63,798 nt of DNA, filler included, from Octopus bimaculoides (GCF_001194135.2; 5 parts of 4 records of this genome joined end to end with filler, not necessarily neighbours in it); one strand, 5' to 3'; positions 1 through 13,575 are shown, counted from the first letter of the whole stretch. A program made the numbers and translations. Notes: generated from the letters alone by a model not told the origin.

Positions 1-340
1 TAGGATCGTGGTTTCGATTCCCAGACTGGGCGTTGTGACTGCTTATTGAGCGAAAACGCCTAAAGCTCCACGAGGCTCCGGCAGGGGATGGTGGCGAACC
101 CTGCTGTACTCTTTCACCACAACTTTCTCTCACTCTTACTTCCTGTTTCTGTTGTGTCTGTAATTCAAAGGGTCAGCCTTGTCACACTGTGTCACGCTGA
201 ATATCCCCGAGAACTACGTTAAGGGTACACGTGTCTGTGGAGTGCTCAGCCACTTGCACGTTAATTTCACGAGCAGGTTGTTCCCTTGATCGGATCAACT
301 GGAACCCTCGACGTCGTAAGCGACGGAGTGCCAACAACAT
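1..340 (+). mobile_element. tRNA-derived SINE, family A (head cut off by the window edge)
   Basis: Starts with the B-box-like GGTTTCGATTCCC. Bases 1-80 match 54565-54643, which carries the full head, and the 3' body matches 43180-43340. Confidence 0.8.
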
Positions 341-1554
341 ATGCTATAGGTTGAAAACAATTGAAACATGATTTCAACTGTAATATTTATATGTTTTATC
401 TTAAAATCTTTTATGTATATTGTTCTGTATATATTTAGAAATTGTTATGTTCCTGCAGAAACGCACTCGTATTGCTTGGTTATATTCATGTATAAAATCA
501 GTTGTGTTTGTTTTTGTTGTTATTTTTGGAAAAATCCATTTGAACGCATTATCACTTTTTTTACAGGAAAATCATTGAGAAAATTAATTTCGTGTTGGAG
601 TTTTCGTGTTACGACATGATTTCCAGGAACGCATTAGATCTGTAACTTGTGGGATTCCTGTATATACTATTTCATTTATGATGTTTAAAGAAGTCATAAT
701 ATTTTAAAATCAAAGATTTTCTCGACGAAAATTTTTGATTTGAAATATAAATACTTATGTAAAACTTTTAAAAGAATCAGAAAAGAAATATGAAATTCCA
801 TTTCCTGTTGTGTGTTCTTTAAACGCATTTAAGTGGTGGAGTCTACAAAACTATGGTTCCTAATTACAAGTATGTGGAATGGATCTTTGAGTATAAATGT
901 CTCGCTCTTGTGAGAAAATCCGTAACACCAGACCGTTGGCTACCTTAAAATCTCAATCCACATATTCGAAGACAATGATAACTTTAATAACCCAGTTTTG
1001 AATACCATTACTGATTATAAATATGTAATTTATAACATCTAGAAAATGCAGGCATGTTCACTTTATGTAAGTCATTTGTGTAGGAGACGTCACCTGTAAT
1101 GAAGTATATTCATGATGGTGCACTCTGTGTTTTAAATACAACTCATGTTTTTACAAGTTTTTAAGGAAACTCGGTGTACATAACTTAATTGTTCTACTAT
1201 GATCCAGGGTTACATTGCTCATGGTTCAGCTTTACAGTTCATGCTCCAAGAACCGAAAGCGAATTAAATTTGTTGATTAAATTGGTTATAGCCTTTGCTA
1301 TCCCAAAATATAACATTTCTTTCTTATTATAGGCAAAAATGAAAAACTAAATAAAACAAGACATTTGTAACTTGTAAATATTACTGTTGTAAATCGAACA
1401 TGCTTACTGCTCTCATCGTCATAGATTGTGGAAACAGGAGCGTGTATTCATGGTATGTGATGTATTAACACGTAAAATGATGCTTAAATGTGGTGGACAT
1501 TGTATTTGGAGGAACATAATTGTGTTATTCCTACATAGCTAATGCCACAAATTT

Positions 1555-1556
<2 letters not shown>

Positions 1557-1643
<87 letters not shown>

Positions 1644-1665
1644 ACACACACACACACACAGATAC
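1557..1665. repeat. (CA)n microsatellite
   Basis: Direct inspection; it produces the HT/CV pseudo-ORFs in the ORF track. Confidence 0.97.
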
Positions 1666-2479
1666 ACACTTACGCGCGCACAGATCGACAGGCAGGGACA
1701 CACACACGCACGCGCACGCACACACAAGATCCACAGAAAATGCAAGACTCTAAATCGAGAAAATTGCCGGAATGAGCAATGGTTAAAGAATCCAATTAAA
1801 ATATCAAAAAGAATAAAAGTAAAGATAAAAGAAAAACAAAAAAGAACCAAAACATTCATAGTATTTGTTGCGATTTTTTGTATTTTAGAGTATTTGATGT
1901 AGTGTTTTTTTTATAGTATGTGCTATAACATATTTTATTGATATAAGTGTTCTCACCAAATATCTTACATATTCACATGTTCTAGCAGTTTCCGTGGAAA
2001 CTTCACGATAAATACGAATTTTTTCAGCTGATTGAAAGTTTATAAAGAACTATAAAAATTAGTGTTCCTTTTGAAATTATAGTCTGTATTATTTTCATTT
2101 AAAATCTGTTTGCAGTTCTTCTAGATTAGATTGTAATTGTGGGAGCATGATTTTCCCATTCTCTCAGCAGTTTAGAGGTTCATTTATAAATCTAAGAGCT
2201 TCAGTCATTACAGAGAATATTCATGTCACCAATTTATAACTTTAAACCATATGTTTTCAGTTGTTTTTGATGTTCTCTTCCATTTTAATTTTCTGTTTTA
2301 TCTTGAACACTTTCTCTTACCTGTTGTAAAAACTCACTGTATTGTCTTTGATTCATACTTATTTTTCTATACTGCCATCGATGTCTTTGTCAATGTGGAT
2401 AGATTGATAAATCGATCGACAAGAAAATTGAATATTAAAATGTTATTTTCTGTCATAATAATAAATGATGCTTAAGATT

Positions 2480-2954
2480 TCCCTCGGCTAAATACTTTAT
2501 ATTTTATAAATACTTTTTATCTCTCTCTTTTTCTCCTCCGCTTCCTCCAGCAAACTTTCTAACCACATCATTCCCCTCCTCACGTCGTTATCCTTTCTCT
2601 ATTTCTCTTCACCTCTCACTTCCACTAACCACGCGACAGTTTAATGCATCGACTGGCATAGCGTCACTACTTTCACTTTATCTTATTACTCTTAATATAA
2701 CTACCCTCCCCTTTCTATCTTCATTTCTTTAACCTCGCCACCAGAACATCACCCTTCTGCTAAACATTGTATATCAAACTCTATTCCGCTATATTTATCC
2801 CTTCAAGTAACTTTTTATCCACGTAATAGCAGTTACTTTCCCACTCCCTCCCGTTGTTAACACTTCTCTCTCCCTTTTTTCTCTCATCTTTTGCCCCTCC
2901 CTTCAACTACCTGTTAGTGTAACGCATTCGGCCTTAGCGTATTAATATATAGAT
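2480..2954 (-). mobile_element. Possible non-autonomous Helitron-like element
   Basis: The minus strand begins A|TCTATATATTAATACGC, resembling a Helitron 5' TC terminus, and the body is strongly strand-asymmetric. No clear 3' hairpin or CTRR end. Confidence 0.3.
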
Positions 2955-4404
2955 TCATTCGAAACACTTTATGGTGTTTTAGAATATTTTTGTGCATTAT
3001 TCATTGTTCAGAGCAATTTTCACTCATATTGTGAGAAGTTTCGTGTGAGCACTTATAGCTGAGACGCCTATAAACTATAAATATATGCGGTATGTATTTA
3101 TATCAGGTACATTCTATAACGAACTGTTCAATATAATATATTGATCTTAAATGTCTAGTCATTTCTGTGACAACTCTGAATAACATATAAACTTATTTCA
3201 CTAAAATTGATCTGAAACAACCTTCCTATCTCATCTTTATAGTATACTCCTACAAAATGCAATTCTCCATTAACAAACAGTTAATATGGAATATAGAGCA
3301 AAGAAATAGTTTTCTAACAACTTAATTGTTGAAAATTTCATTGTTTCATTGTTGAAAATTTTCAACAAAGAAAAGTTTTGTAAATTAATCTGACCAAAAT
3401 TGTTATACGTAGTTCAGTATGAGAACTTGTAACTCAGAAGCATATAAACGATGAATCTGTGCTGTGGTTTTATCAGGTAAATTCTATAGCTAACTGTTCG
3501 ATAAAATGTATTGATCTCAACTGGCGAGTAGGTTTTTTAGTAACCTTGCATAACCTATTACTGGATATCATTGTTGACTATGAAAATATCTCTTAAGACA
3601 TCCAGAAAATGCAAATATGTTCACATGATTTATGTCACGTGTATGCGATAAGTGACCTATGAGCTATTATTTTATAAGGCCCCACTCATGGCTTTTGCCA
3701 GCCATATTTTAAAAGTAACACATATTTCTTATTTCACTTTACAAGTATTTAAGGAAAACTCAGAGCTTCAAAATGATCAAAACTAATAAAACATATTTAA
3801 CATAAACAGTTACGCAAATAGAAGGATGAACACACATTCATGCATTCATACGTAAAAAAATAAATACAGCAACAAAGTAAGTACGCAAAATTGAATTGAT
3901 TGATATCCTAGGGGTCAGTAGAGAGTTCTTCAAGAAAAAATCACTTTCTGATGACTTTCCATGTGAATCTAAAAGAGCAGGATTAGCATACCTTAGTAAA
4001 GACTTGGAAGAGAAAAACTGCACACCACAAAATAAGTTGTGCATCGGTATGTTTTATGTGAATTTCAGAAAGATGACATCATTGACATGAATGTAGCCTC
4101 TCTTGACCTCTTCCCCAACCGGAAGATTATGCTTTGCAATCGAAGCGCAGAAGTTAACTACGAAATATTAAATGAAAAATAGGCGTAGTGAAGTCTTTAA
4201 ACTCCTAAGATGCAACTGCAAACTTCGATTGCGTCTATTCTGTGGAGGATATAGCACACATAATCAGCTGCTGCTCGAAAATGCTATCGAGGCACTACCT
4301 ACCACTGCGACATTTTCTTTTTACTAAAACAATATTCAGTGTCATCCATAAAAAAATAAAGAAGACAGTCCTGAGATTAATATAAGCAACACCTTTGCTA
4401 TTGT

Positions 4405-4860
4405 ATACGTGCTTATTAATACAAGGAACATTGGTTGAAAATTCCAATCAAAACACCTACCAAGTACATACACGCCTAGTGAGTTATGCATAGTTATAAG
4501 GGTTAGTTGTTTTGCTTATGTGAACATCACCTCCAAAATCAGCGAGTAGAATATGCTTTCATATCTGTAGTTCCTCCTCCTTGATTATCAATACACATTT
4601 ATGCCAGTAAACTATTGGTGCACTTGCTTATATTAGTAAATGTCTAATTGACAATCTGGAAAAGCTAGAGTTTTCGAGCCAAGAATGAGACCGGCCAATA
4701 AGTACTTTATAGATACAATCTGCAAGCAGAAGAGTGAAAATTCACAAGACTTGCTTGGAGCTGACTATGTAACAATTGTTGTGATTATACAAAGTCCACT
4801 GATGGAGGCCTTATTTCTTTGTTAGAAAATAATTTCCTAATTCTGGGAAGAATTCTAATT
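4405..4860 (+). mobile_element. R4/Dong-clade non-LTR retrotransposon, decayed RLE C-terminus and 3' UTR
   Basis: Frameshifted translation gives HWLKIPIKTP...YTFMPV-TIGALAYISKCLIDNLEKLEF...IQSA, parallel to the copies at 7350-7490 and 7540-7700. Confidence 0.6.
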
Positions 4861-5266
4861 AAAAAATTTAAGCAAAAAGCATACATACACATACATAATA
4901 CCTACAAACATACATGCATGCATACATACATGCATGCATACATACATGCAAGCATACATACATACATACATACATNNNNNNNNNNNNNNNNNNNNNNNNN
5001 NNNNNNNNNNNNNNNNNNNNNNNNNNNNNNNNNNNNNNNNNNNNNNNNNNNNNNNNNNNNNNNNNNNNNNNNNNNNNNNNNNNNNNNNNNNNNNNNNNNN
5101 NNNNNNNNNNNNNNNNNNNNNNNNNNNNNNNNNNNNNNNNNNNNNNNNNNNNNNNNNNNNNNNNNNNNNNNNNNNNNNNNNNNNNNNNNNNNNNNNNNNN
5201 NNNNNNNNNNNNNNNNNNNNNNNNNNNNNNNNNNNNNNNNNNNNNNNNNNNNNNNNNNNNNNNNNN

Positions 5267-5305
<39 letters not shown>

Positions 5306-5861
5306 ATGAGTATATGCGTGTATGTATGTATGTGCGTGTGTGTGCGTGTGTGTACGTCCACGTATACAAATCACGTATCGTAGTTTTCTAGTTCCGTTGC
5401 ATATCTTGCAATACTTTAGATGACTCATATGTGCACACACATACTCAGGTATGCGGAAACACAAATGCATGCACACAATGCACACGTGTACGTATATATT
5501 TGTAGAGTGTTGGAAAAACACGTAGTGTTGTATGAGTACGTTCTTTTACGTTCTGAATTAAATTCCAGAGTCGATTAAAGAAGTGCCAGTGAATTACTTG
5601 TGTCAATATAACCCACAATATACTTTTGAAAATAGCGTCCTAGGAGTACCACATTCCAATAACCTAAATTAGTAAACTAATATATTTAGCATAAATAGAT
5701 ATACACATAGATGAATGAGCTCTTAGGCTTATTACATGAACACATACATACATACATGCATACATGCATGCATACGTACATACATACATGCATACATACA
5801 TACATACATACATGTATAAATGTTACTGTATGGTTGTAAAAAGAGGGAAAATTGTAAAGCA

Positions 5862-7490
5862 GACAAGCAACATCTCCATCAATGACTAAACTGTTTCCCC
5901 TATATCTGACGAGGAATGTTACAGGTATCTAAGGGGTGGAAGAAAACATATCTTACAATGGCACCTGTAACGAAACACGTGTCACTAAAGAATGTTACAG
6001 CCGAATAAAGAAAATTTGGACCTCAAACTCTCTGCATTCAATAAAACAGTGGCCCACAATGTGTTTTCAGTGCTAGTACTCATACCAGGATTTGGGCTGC
6101 TTGATTGGATGCTTCATGAGTTCCGAGCCATTAATGCGAAAACCCAGAAGATATTAACAAGCACACATAATTTCCACATAAACAGTGATATAGACCACCT
6201 CTACCTAAAACGAAAACAAGGCAGCAGAGGCTTAACATCGATCCAGACTGCCTTTGAATGACATATCATATCCGTTCGGCAACATCTTTTAAGCACTAAG
6301 TGTCGAAGTGCATCCCTTGACCAAGTTTGCATATATGAGGCTGATAACATCATAAGACTTGTAAGGCGGCTCCTTGAGCAGCATTCCTTGCCTGATAATC
6401 TTAAATACATGCCCAAAGAAGTCGCACGACTCTACCGCAACATATCATCAAATGAAAGGATTAGAGTATATGAGCAGAAGACCATGCATAGACATGCTGG
6501 TCGAAAGCTCCGAGATGATATTAGCATTGACCGTCAAAGCAGTCTATCATAGACCAACAACCGGATTACTACTTCCCACTTTTAACGGTTTGCTTTTGCA
6601 ATCCAAAAACAGGAAATACCAACGAAATACCTGGCGAATAAAAAGGACAGAGATGCAGGAGAAGCAGTAAAATGTGACAAACGATGTAGACTTTGTGGAG
6701 TTAACATCGAAGATATCACTCACATTATAAGCAATTGTCCGAAAATGTCATCACGGTATTATCTTCCGATGAAACATAAGTTGTAGCTAGGACAATATAT
6801 AATGAAATCCATCGGAAGGATAACCCCGAGGACAAAGAAATAAGAAACCACAGTATAGTAGAAGCCATAGCCACTCATAATAAAAAGGAGTACTGGTGAA
6901 ATGTCCCAGCGAAAACCTCAATATAATGTATACACAAAAGACCTGATATAATGATTTGGGACAGAGAAGAGAAACTGTGTACAGTTGTGGAAATCAGCTG
7001 TCCAACGGATGTTAACATAAAGCTCAAGATTAGTGAAGAAGAGAATACTTACGCTGAACTGTAAAAGTCTGTAAAACTTTCCAGAAGTTTATCATTTAAA
7101 TATATACGACCATGTCCAGATATGCAACTATATGAATGAAAATATATACATAAGACAAAACATACAAATCTGCACATATACATACATTCATACATCCATA
7201 CAAACAAAAATACCCTGTTGTTGATGTTGAAATTCCAATGAAGGAGTCTTAGATCTAGGTTAGAAATCGGGTCTTTCTGAATTGGCGAGAAATCTTGAAA
7301 TAAAACTAAATAATGACATACATACATACATACATACATACATACAAAACCTCTATATGATTACAAATTCATGTTTATACCAATAATCATTGGGATACTT
7401 GGTTATGATAGTTAATATCTTACAAGTGAATAAGTGACAATCTGGAAAAGTTAGGATGTGAAATCAAAGAAATAAGCCGACTCACACGCA
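5862..7490 (+). mobile_element. R4/Dong-clade non-LTR retrotransposon 3' fragment (RT thumb, CCHC knuckle, restriction-like endonuclease), pseudogenised
   Basis: ORF 5992-6261 contains DIDHLYLKRKQGSRGL. CRLCGVNIEDITHIISNC lies near 6685-6740 and KRPDIMIWDREEKLCTVVEISCP near 6935-7005. YKFMFIPIIIG resumes near 7365 after insertions. Stops and frameshifts present. Confidence 0.85.
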
Positions 7491-7539
7491 TATTAGAGAT
7501 ATTAGGAGATATTAGGAGAAATCGGTAATTTCTCTGTTC

Positions 7540-7682
7540 TGAATTTTACTTCACAATTATTATATTTAATGGAGTGCTTAGCTATTCCAGTAAATATGTA
7601 TGTGACAACATCGGAAAGTTTGGTTTTCCTGGAAAGAAAGTGACTAACTAACATGTACTTTATAAATACAATCTGTTGGCAG

Positions 7683-7718
<36 letters not shown>

Positions 7719-7830
7719 ATCCCCCGCCAAAAGAAAAAAAGAAAAAAGAAAAATTCAACAAGTAACATTCATCTTTTTTATTATTCAAAAGTTGCTCCTA
7801 CATTCTGGGAAAAATTCAATTAACTAATAT
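7540..7830 (+). mobile_element. R4/Dong-type RLE C-terminal relic
   Basis: Aligns by eye with 4600-4860 (shared TACTTTATA(G/A)ATACAATCTG and TTCTGGGAA(G/A)AATTC). Confidence 0.45.
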
Positions 7831-9719
7831 AGGAAGACACACTCACATACATACATGTAGCAGCATAGCTGTAACAGCATAAATGTAACAACATGCACAT
7901 TAATAATATTTAGGTAAATTAGTGAGAATTAAGTTTTTATACTAAGACTCAACCCATAAAAGCAGTTATTTTAGTAGAAAATTTGTAAAATACTAGAATT
8001 ATATGTATGTGGCGGCATAGCGGAATAAATTAGTTAAATGTAGTAGTATTAAGTCACGTAATATATAGTTATGCTGAAGCGAGGTGTTTTGGTATGGCTG
8101 AAGTAGTTGTATATATCGAGTAAATGTATTTCAATAAAAAAAAAAAATGAGATGATGTGTCTGGTGGGTTCAGTAGGTTACAAGGGTAGTTAACCAGTTT
8201 TTCTTTTGTTTTTGTTTAGTCTTTGTTCACTCCTGACAGACAGCTCTGATAGAACATACCTATCATCAGCTATAATTGTGTCTGATTTTCAAGTATAGTG
8301 CATTTACGAACATATTGAATACGAATGTTTCTTTTTAAAGATGATAGGGCGGGTTTGAAAGAGATTTAGCGGCTATATCTAGCAGGTCATTAGCTTCTTT
8401 CACTTGAAATAGCTGACAACTAGTTTTTAGAACTGATGAGTATTTCTATTCCACCAAATCTTGAATTATTGATTAAATGAAGGAATACGTACTGGTTACG
8501 GCAATAAATTATATCGATTTTATTGAATTCTTTAAAAAAAATTACTGCTCATATTTTAAATAGAGTAATTAAATATTTAAGAATAAATTAAGCTGTATGT
8601 GATGAACGTATGTTGCTAATTATTTATTGTGCTAGGGTGTTAATGGGTAACCACGGTAGATTACTAACTGCTGATCGCAGTTAGTTTGTAGCAGATAACC
8701 ACAGGGGTTGCAAGTAGCTGGTCGTTGCACCTTACTAGTTGTTGTTTAGGCACTGATCAACTTTAACCGAGAAGTCTTATGAGCTGTAATTAACTCCTAT
8801 TTTATTAAGATAGCACATCTAGGGCTACATGAACTAATGTATACTTCTTGCTTCCTTTGCTGTTCGTAGCAGATTAAGCTACTACCAGATAAAGGTTGCC
8901 TTGCTAACTCGTAGATATAGGTAGGTGATTACCGTGACTCTAAATGGTTGATCAGAGAATATTACGGGTAAAAACATTGGTTATTAGGTTTTATTAATGT
9001 GCAATTACATATGAGTAGTAATGGCCGATTTGAGAGGTTATTAATGCCTGAGTAATGGGTGCCTATAAAAGGTTACTAATGGCTGACATGAAGGCTTTGT
9101 TAGGTGACCATTGACTGTTGCTAATGAGTGGCCATGGCAGATTACTGATAGGTGATAAAAGTAAATTTCTTATGAATGACTACTATAGGTTAATAATGGT
9201 AAGAAGTGGATAATCACAAAGAAGTTATTTGTGCGATCAAATTTGGTTATTTAGGGACGAGAGCAAAGTGTCATTAATGGGCGATAAATAGTTTTCTATG
9301 TGACCGTAGTAGTTTATGAATGGGTGAACACAGTAGTTTACTAATGGGTAATCACGATAGTTTATTGAGGGATAATCACATAGATAACCATAGAATTTCT
9401 CTTCACTCCCTACTGACTTAAAAAGTAAGGATACATTAAGTAATGTAGCCCTTGATGTACAAAAATAGATATACGAGACCATCACAGCTGGAAAACCTCT
9501 AATCACTGATTAGGATTGATCTGGGGCAAAGCAACAACAATTAATATGACACGCAAGACGTTGGTAATGAATGATCACAGTAAGTTACTTATCACACTAA
9601 GATGTTTCATAGATTTAGCACACAAAACCAGACGTTTTGAATTACGATGTATTCATTGGATGTACATGACATACAATTCTTTTATCTTTTTAACTACCAT
9701 GAAGTCAGTCTTAATTTTA

Positions 9720-9722
<3 letters not shown>

Positions 9723-9776
<54 letters not shown>
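9723..9776. repeat. (TA)n microsatellite
   Basis: Direct inspection. Confidence 0.97.
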
Positions 9777-9782
<6 letters not shown>

Positions 9783-9920
9783 CTAATTCTGTAGAAAATA
9801 CTTTGATTTCCGTTTCAATTTAGACGAAATTTTCGAAAAGAGAAATTTAAATTCTGTTACGCCAGTTAAGAAAGACATTCAATTTGAAAAGAGATATTAC
9901 GTTTGATACAATATTTTAGC

Positions 9921-9974
9921 ATCTTCTGAAGATGACAAATGCACTGGGAGGTAAAATGTCATTGAAACGACAGG
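9921..9974 (+). ncRNA. Degenerate hammerhead-like motif
   Basis: CTGAAGA-TGACA...TGTCA-TT-GAAAC-GAC-AGG. Core boxes and stem II are present, but the cleavage triplet is GAC. Confidence 0.25.
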
Positions 9975-11093
9975 CGACTTAACCTGAAATGAATTGCCTT
10001 TCAATAATATTTGGAAGTTGTAGTAGGAGGAAATCTGATAAGTATTTGTGACAAAATGAAATAAATATCCGTCTCTGAAATATGTTATTGACCTTAAGCC
10101 ATTTCAATACTTAATTACTCATATACATTCAAATGACTTCTGAATGGTAAGTTATTCATATTTGTTTTTTCATAGAGACAACAAATGAATATCAATAATT
10201 GTTATTAAAGTAACTAATACGAAGTTTTAAGAGCCAAAGAAAAAAACAAAAAAACAGTTTCTTCTTATTAAATATATAAATACAGAAATAAGAAAATATT
10301 GTCAATAAGCAAGTTAAATGGAAATAAATTGGTTTTATAGTTCTACATATATGTAAATAGTAATATTCATTTATCGAAGAATTTTGTGTTCAAATACAAC
10401 CTACATCGTTGGTAATTTATAATTTCACGAATATTAACTATTTCTAAATTCTATCTACTTTGGTGGAGTCTCCGAAGGTAATCTGAAAGAGCAAAAATTA
10501 TACTGAAGAAAAAGAAAGACATGTAAAAAGCTTATAGCTACTGATCTTATTCAGAAAAACAATGGTCATATATCAAAATAGCAGTAGCTAAGTGTAACAC
10601 CCGCAGCCCAAATTCTGTGAGAATACCAACCAGCCGTCGTCTGTAAATTTCATAGAATCAAAACTGTCACGAACCGAACGAGTTCACACTGCATACAGTC
10701 TAACCAGCTAGTGTAAATAAAATGTGACCCCCTCACATGAATATTTCTCGGAATCGGTTCTACATGTAATATCAAACGGTTTGAGCAGTTAATTTTATGA
10801 CACCGGAAAAAAGACAACGATAGCTGAAGCCTAAAGCAACTTTGTTACATTGAAATTGTTTTTCTAAAAATTACATTACACTCCAGCCATCTTGTACACA
10901 GTTGGTAGCATCGCAGACAAGTGATGTAATCGTGACCAGGTGGTAGAGTTCAAAGCAATACATAACACCAGACATATAACAACCGACTTCTTTGATCATC
11001 ACTGTACACACATACATACATGCATGCATACATACATACATACGTATATGCGCGTGTGTGCGCGTGAGCGTGTGCGTGAGTGTATATAGAGAT

Positions 11094-11144
<51 letters not shown>

Positions 11145-12109
11145 AAAAACAACATCCATCCCCCATCTATTTCGTCGATGCACCGCGTCAACCACCATAA
11201 CATGTACATCCACCACTTGTACAATACAACTATCATAGCTGTAAATGTACCATTAGACCACTATAACTAATATATTATATAGTCATCAATAGACCAGTAC
11301 CACCACCTAAATGTTACTAACACCTATGCAGCACTACCAACAATAACCATTAGACGAGTGCATTCATGTTATATAAGATCTGGTAGTATAGCAGTGAGAG
11401 AAGTTTAATTTAATGCTTGTCATAGAAAACATTCTGAGCTCTTCTCTTTTCCACACCACTAAGTTAGTGAGAGTCAGTGACTATGAACGAACTCTTAATT
11501 GTTCAGGTTAAAAGTTTATACTAATATCACATGTATGAAGCCATTACAACACCAAAATTACCTTATTAAAACAATGCCGAAGCAGTCTGTTAAAATTCGA
11601 ATCATATTAGCAATTTAAACTGACGCAACAACATTAGGTTGCTCTTACTATCGCCTTCTACTTAGGAGACACCATAATTTTGCAAAGATGCTGACAGAAA
11701 AAAAAAGAAAGATGTTTAATATTCTCGTGTCTTAAATTATGCTCCGCCATCGTAATAAACCATTTATCCTCCTGGGCGTAATTTTGCTCACGAGATTTCT
11801 AGTACTTTTATTTCAATTCTTCCTCTTAAAAATATATAAAAAATCGACCAACTACAGCTCAATCTTTATTCCGGATTGTATTTTCAGACTTTATTTCCTG
11901 TCGTGTCTTCCTGACGTTTATAGTTATATGGTTTCGTGTTCTTTTAGTTAACTGAGAAAGCAAATAAACAAAAAAACAAAAAAAAAACAAAACAAAACAA
12001 AAGCCAACACCACCACCAACAACCAAAATACAAAAAAATCAACTGTAACAGCAATTATGACTATGAAGTCAACAACAGCAGCATTAAGAGTAACAACTTG
12101 AATATTTAT

Positions 12110-12111
<2 letters not shown>

Positions 12112-12174
<63 letters not shown>

Positions 12175-12250
12175 TAATAGTAATGATGATGATGGTTATG
12201 ATGATGCTGAAGATAATGCTGCTGATGATAATGATGATGATAATGATAAT
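12112..12250. repeat. (AAT)n grading into (GAT)n microsatellite
   Basis: Direct inspection; source of the poly-N/poly-D ORF 12098-12394. Confidence 0.95.
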
Positions 12251-12259
12251 AGAGATGCT

Positions 12260-12650
12260 TCAAAAGTTATTGAAAGATTAGAATTCAAGAACCAAATGAA
12301 GAACAACAGAGAAAGGAGATGGAAAGAAATGGAATTACATGGCCAATTCATGCTGCAACCGGTGCTAGAAGTAAAGAACGCTAACTATGATTGAGGGACA
12401 TAAGCCTGAAACAAAAGTCCAAAGCACTAATTATATCCACTCAGGAACAAGAACATGCCATTCAAACAAATCTGATAAAATCAAAGATCGACAAAACTCA
12501 GTCAGACAACAAATATAGAATCTGTCAGAAAGGAGACGAAAGTATGCAATAAACAATAAGTTGAGTGAATGCAATAAGCTAGCACAAAAAGTGTATGAGT
12601 GCAAGCATGACTGTGTAGGTAAAAGACTGCACCACCACCTCAATATTTTG
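12260..12650 (+). mobile_element. R4/Dong-type fragment (pre-knuckle region and CCHC knuckle)
   Basis: RRWKEMELHGQF, then IISTQEQ..AIQT and YRICQKGDES...SECNKLAQKVYECKHDCVG, with frameshifts. Confidence 0.7.
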
Positions 12651-12664
12651 AATATTAGCATGCG

Positions 12665-13359
12665 AGGAAATGAAAATATTTTGACATCTACTTATAAAAT
12701 GAAAGCCTTTCAGAAAAAAATACTTATCTAGAAGAACAGAGCTTCTGAGGTTAATTTGGAAATGTTTCCTTTGATAAGTAGAACTTGCTTAAATGGTATC
12801 TTCGCTTTAATACTTGGGAATTTGATAAACTTGGAAGATAAATTAAATCATTATTTTCCATCATTTAACATCCATTCATAGAAATTTCAGATGATGCTAG
12901 TTTAACATTATCCGAAAGAGAAGAACTAGCTATATCCACCGATGATGGATTGAAGATTAAATATAATGAATCTAATCTAGAAAGAGTTTGGATTTCAATC
13001 AGAGAATACAAGTCATTATCCAAAAAAGCTTAAGCTATTTTACTGCAATTTTCAACATCATATTCATGCGAATTGGGATTTTCCACTCTCACCAGCATCA
13101 AGTGCAAAAAGATACCAAATCTTCAGTCTATTGACGAGGAAATGAGAGATTGTTTATCATACATATGTCCCAACATTGAAGAAACTGCCTAGACACGCCA
13201 AGCTCATACTTCTCATCAGCGCAAAATAGACGATGACTTATTTCAGTTACTTCTGTATTTCTTTACATGCGGCATTATATTTCTTTGCATTCTGTTTGTA
13301 GTGTGCCTGCAATTTTTGTAAGGCTTCAAGTGTGCCTTCTAAAAGTTTGAGAACCACTG
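12665..13359 (+). mobile_element. hAT (Buster/Charlie-type) transposon 3' end: dimerisation domain and right TIR
   Basis: AILLQFSTSYSCELGFSTLTSIKCKK...DEEMRDCLSYICPNIEE...QAHTSH. Ends AAAAGTTTGAGAACCACTG, the reverse complement of CAGTGGTTCTCAAACTTTT. Confidence 0.85.
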
Positions 13360-13513
13360 GGTTAAGGTCAGACAAGTGACAAGCAAATCTGCGGTATTGA
13401 GCAGAATATTTACTATAGCCAATCTTTTGTAACAAGACAAAACATACACATAACACTTCCAATCAGTTAAGATCAAGTCATGGGAACTACTGCTCAGTAC
13501 TGCACCAGGGCAT
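13360..13513 (-). mobile_element. Family E (TAA-flanked non-coding repeat), 5' fragment
   Basis: Matches 51430-51510 (TTAAGGTCA-ACAA-TG-CAAG-A-ATCTG-GGTAT-GAGCAGAATAT) and abuts (TTA)n. Confidence 0.7.
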
Positions 13514-13538
13514 TTATTATTATTATTATTATTATTAC

Positions 13539-13575
<37 letters not shown>
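13514..13575. repeat. (TTA)n microsatellite
   Basis: Direct inspection. Confidence 0.97.

Noticed and set aside
4600-7830. Apparent paralogous host exons at 4600-4860 and 7545-7830
   Set aside because: Translation shows both are R4/Dong RLE C-termini, like the one at 7350-7490.
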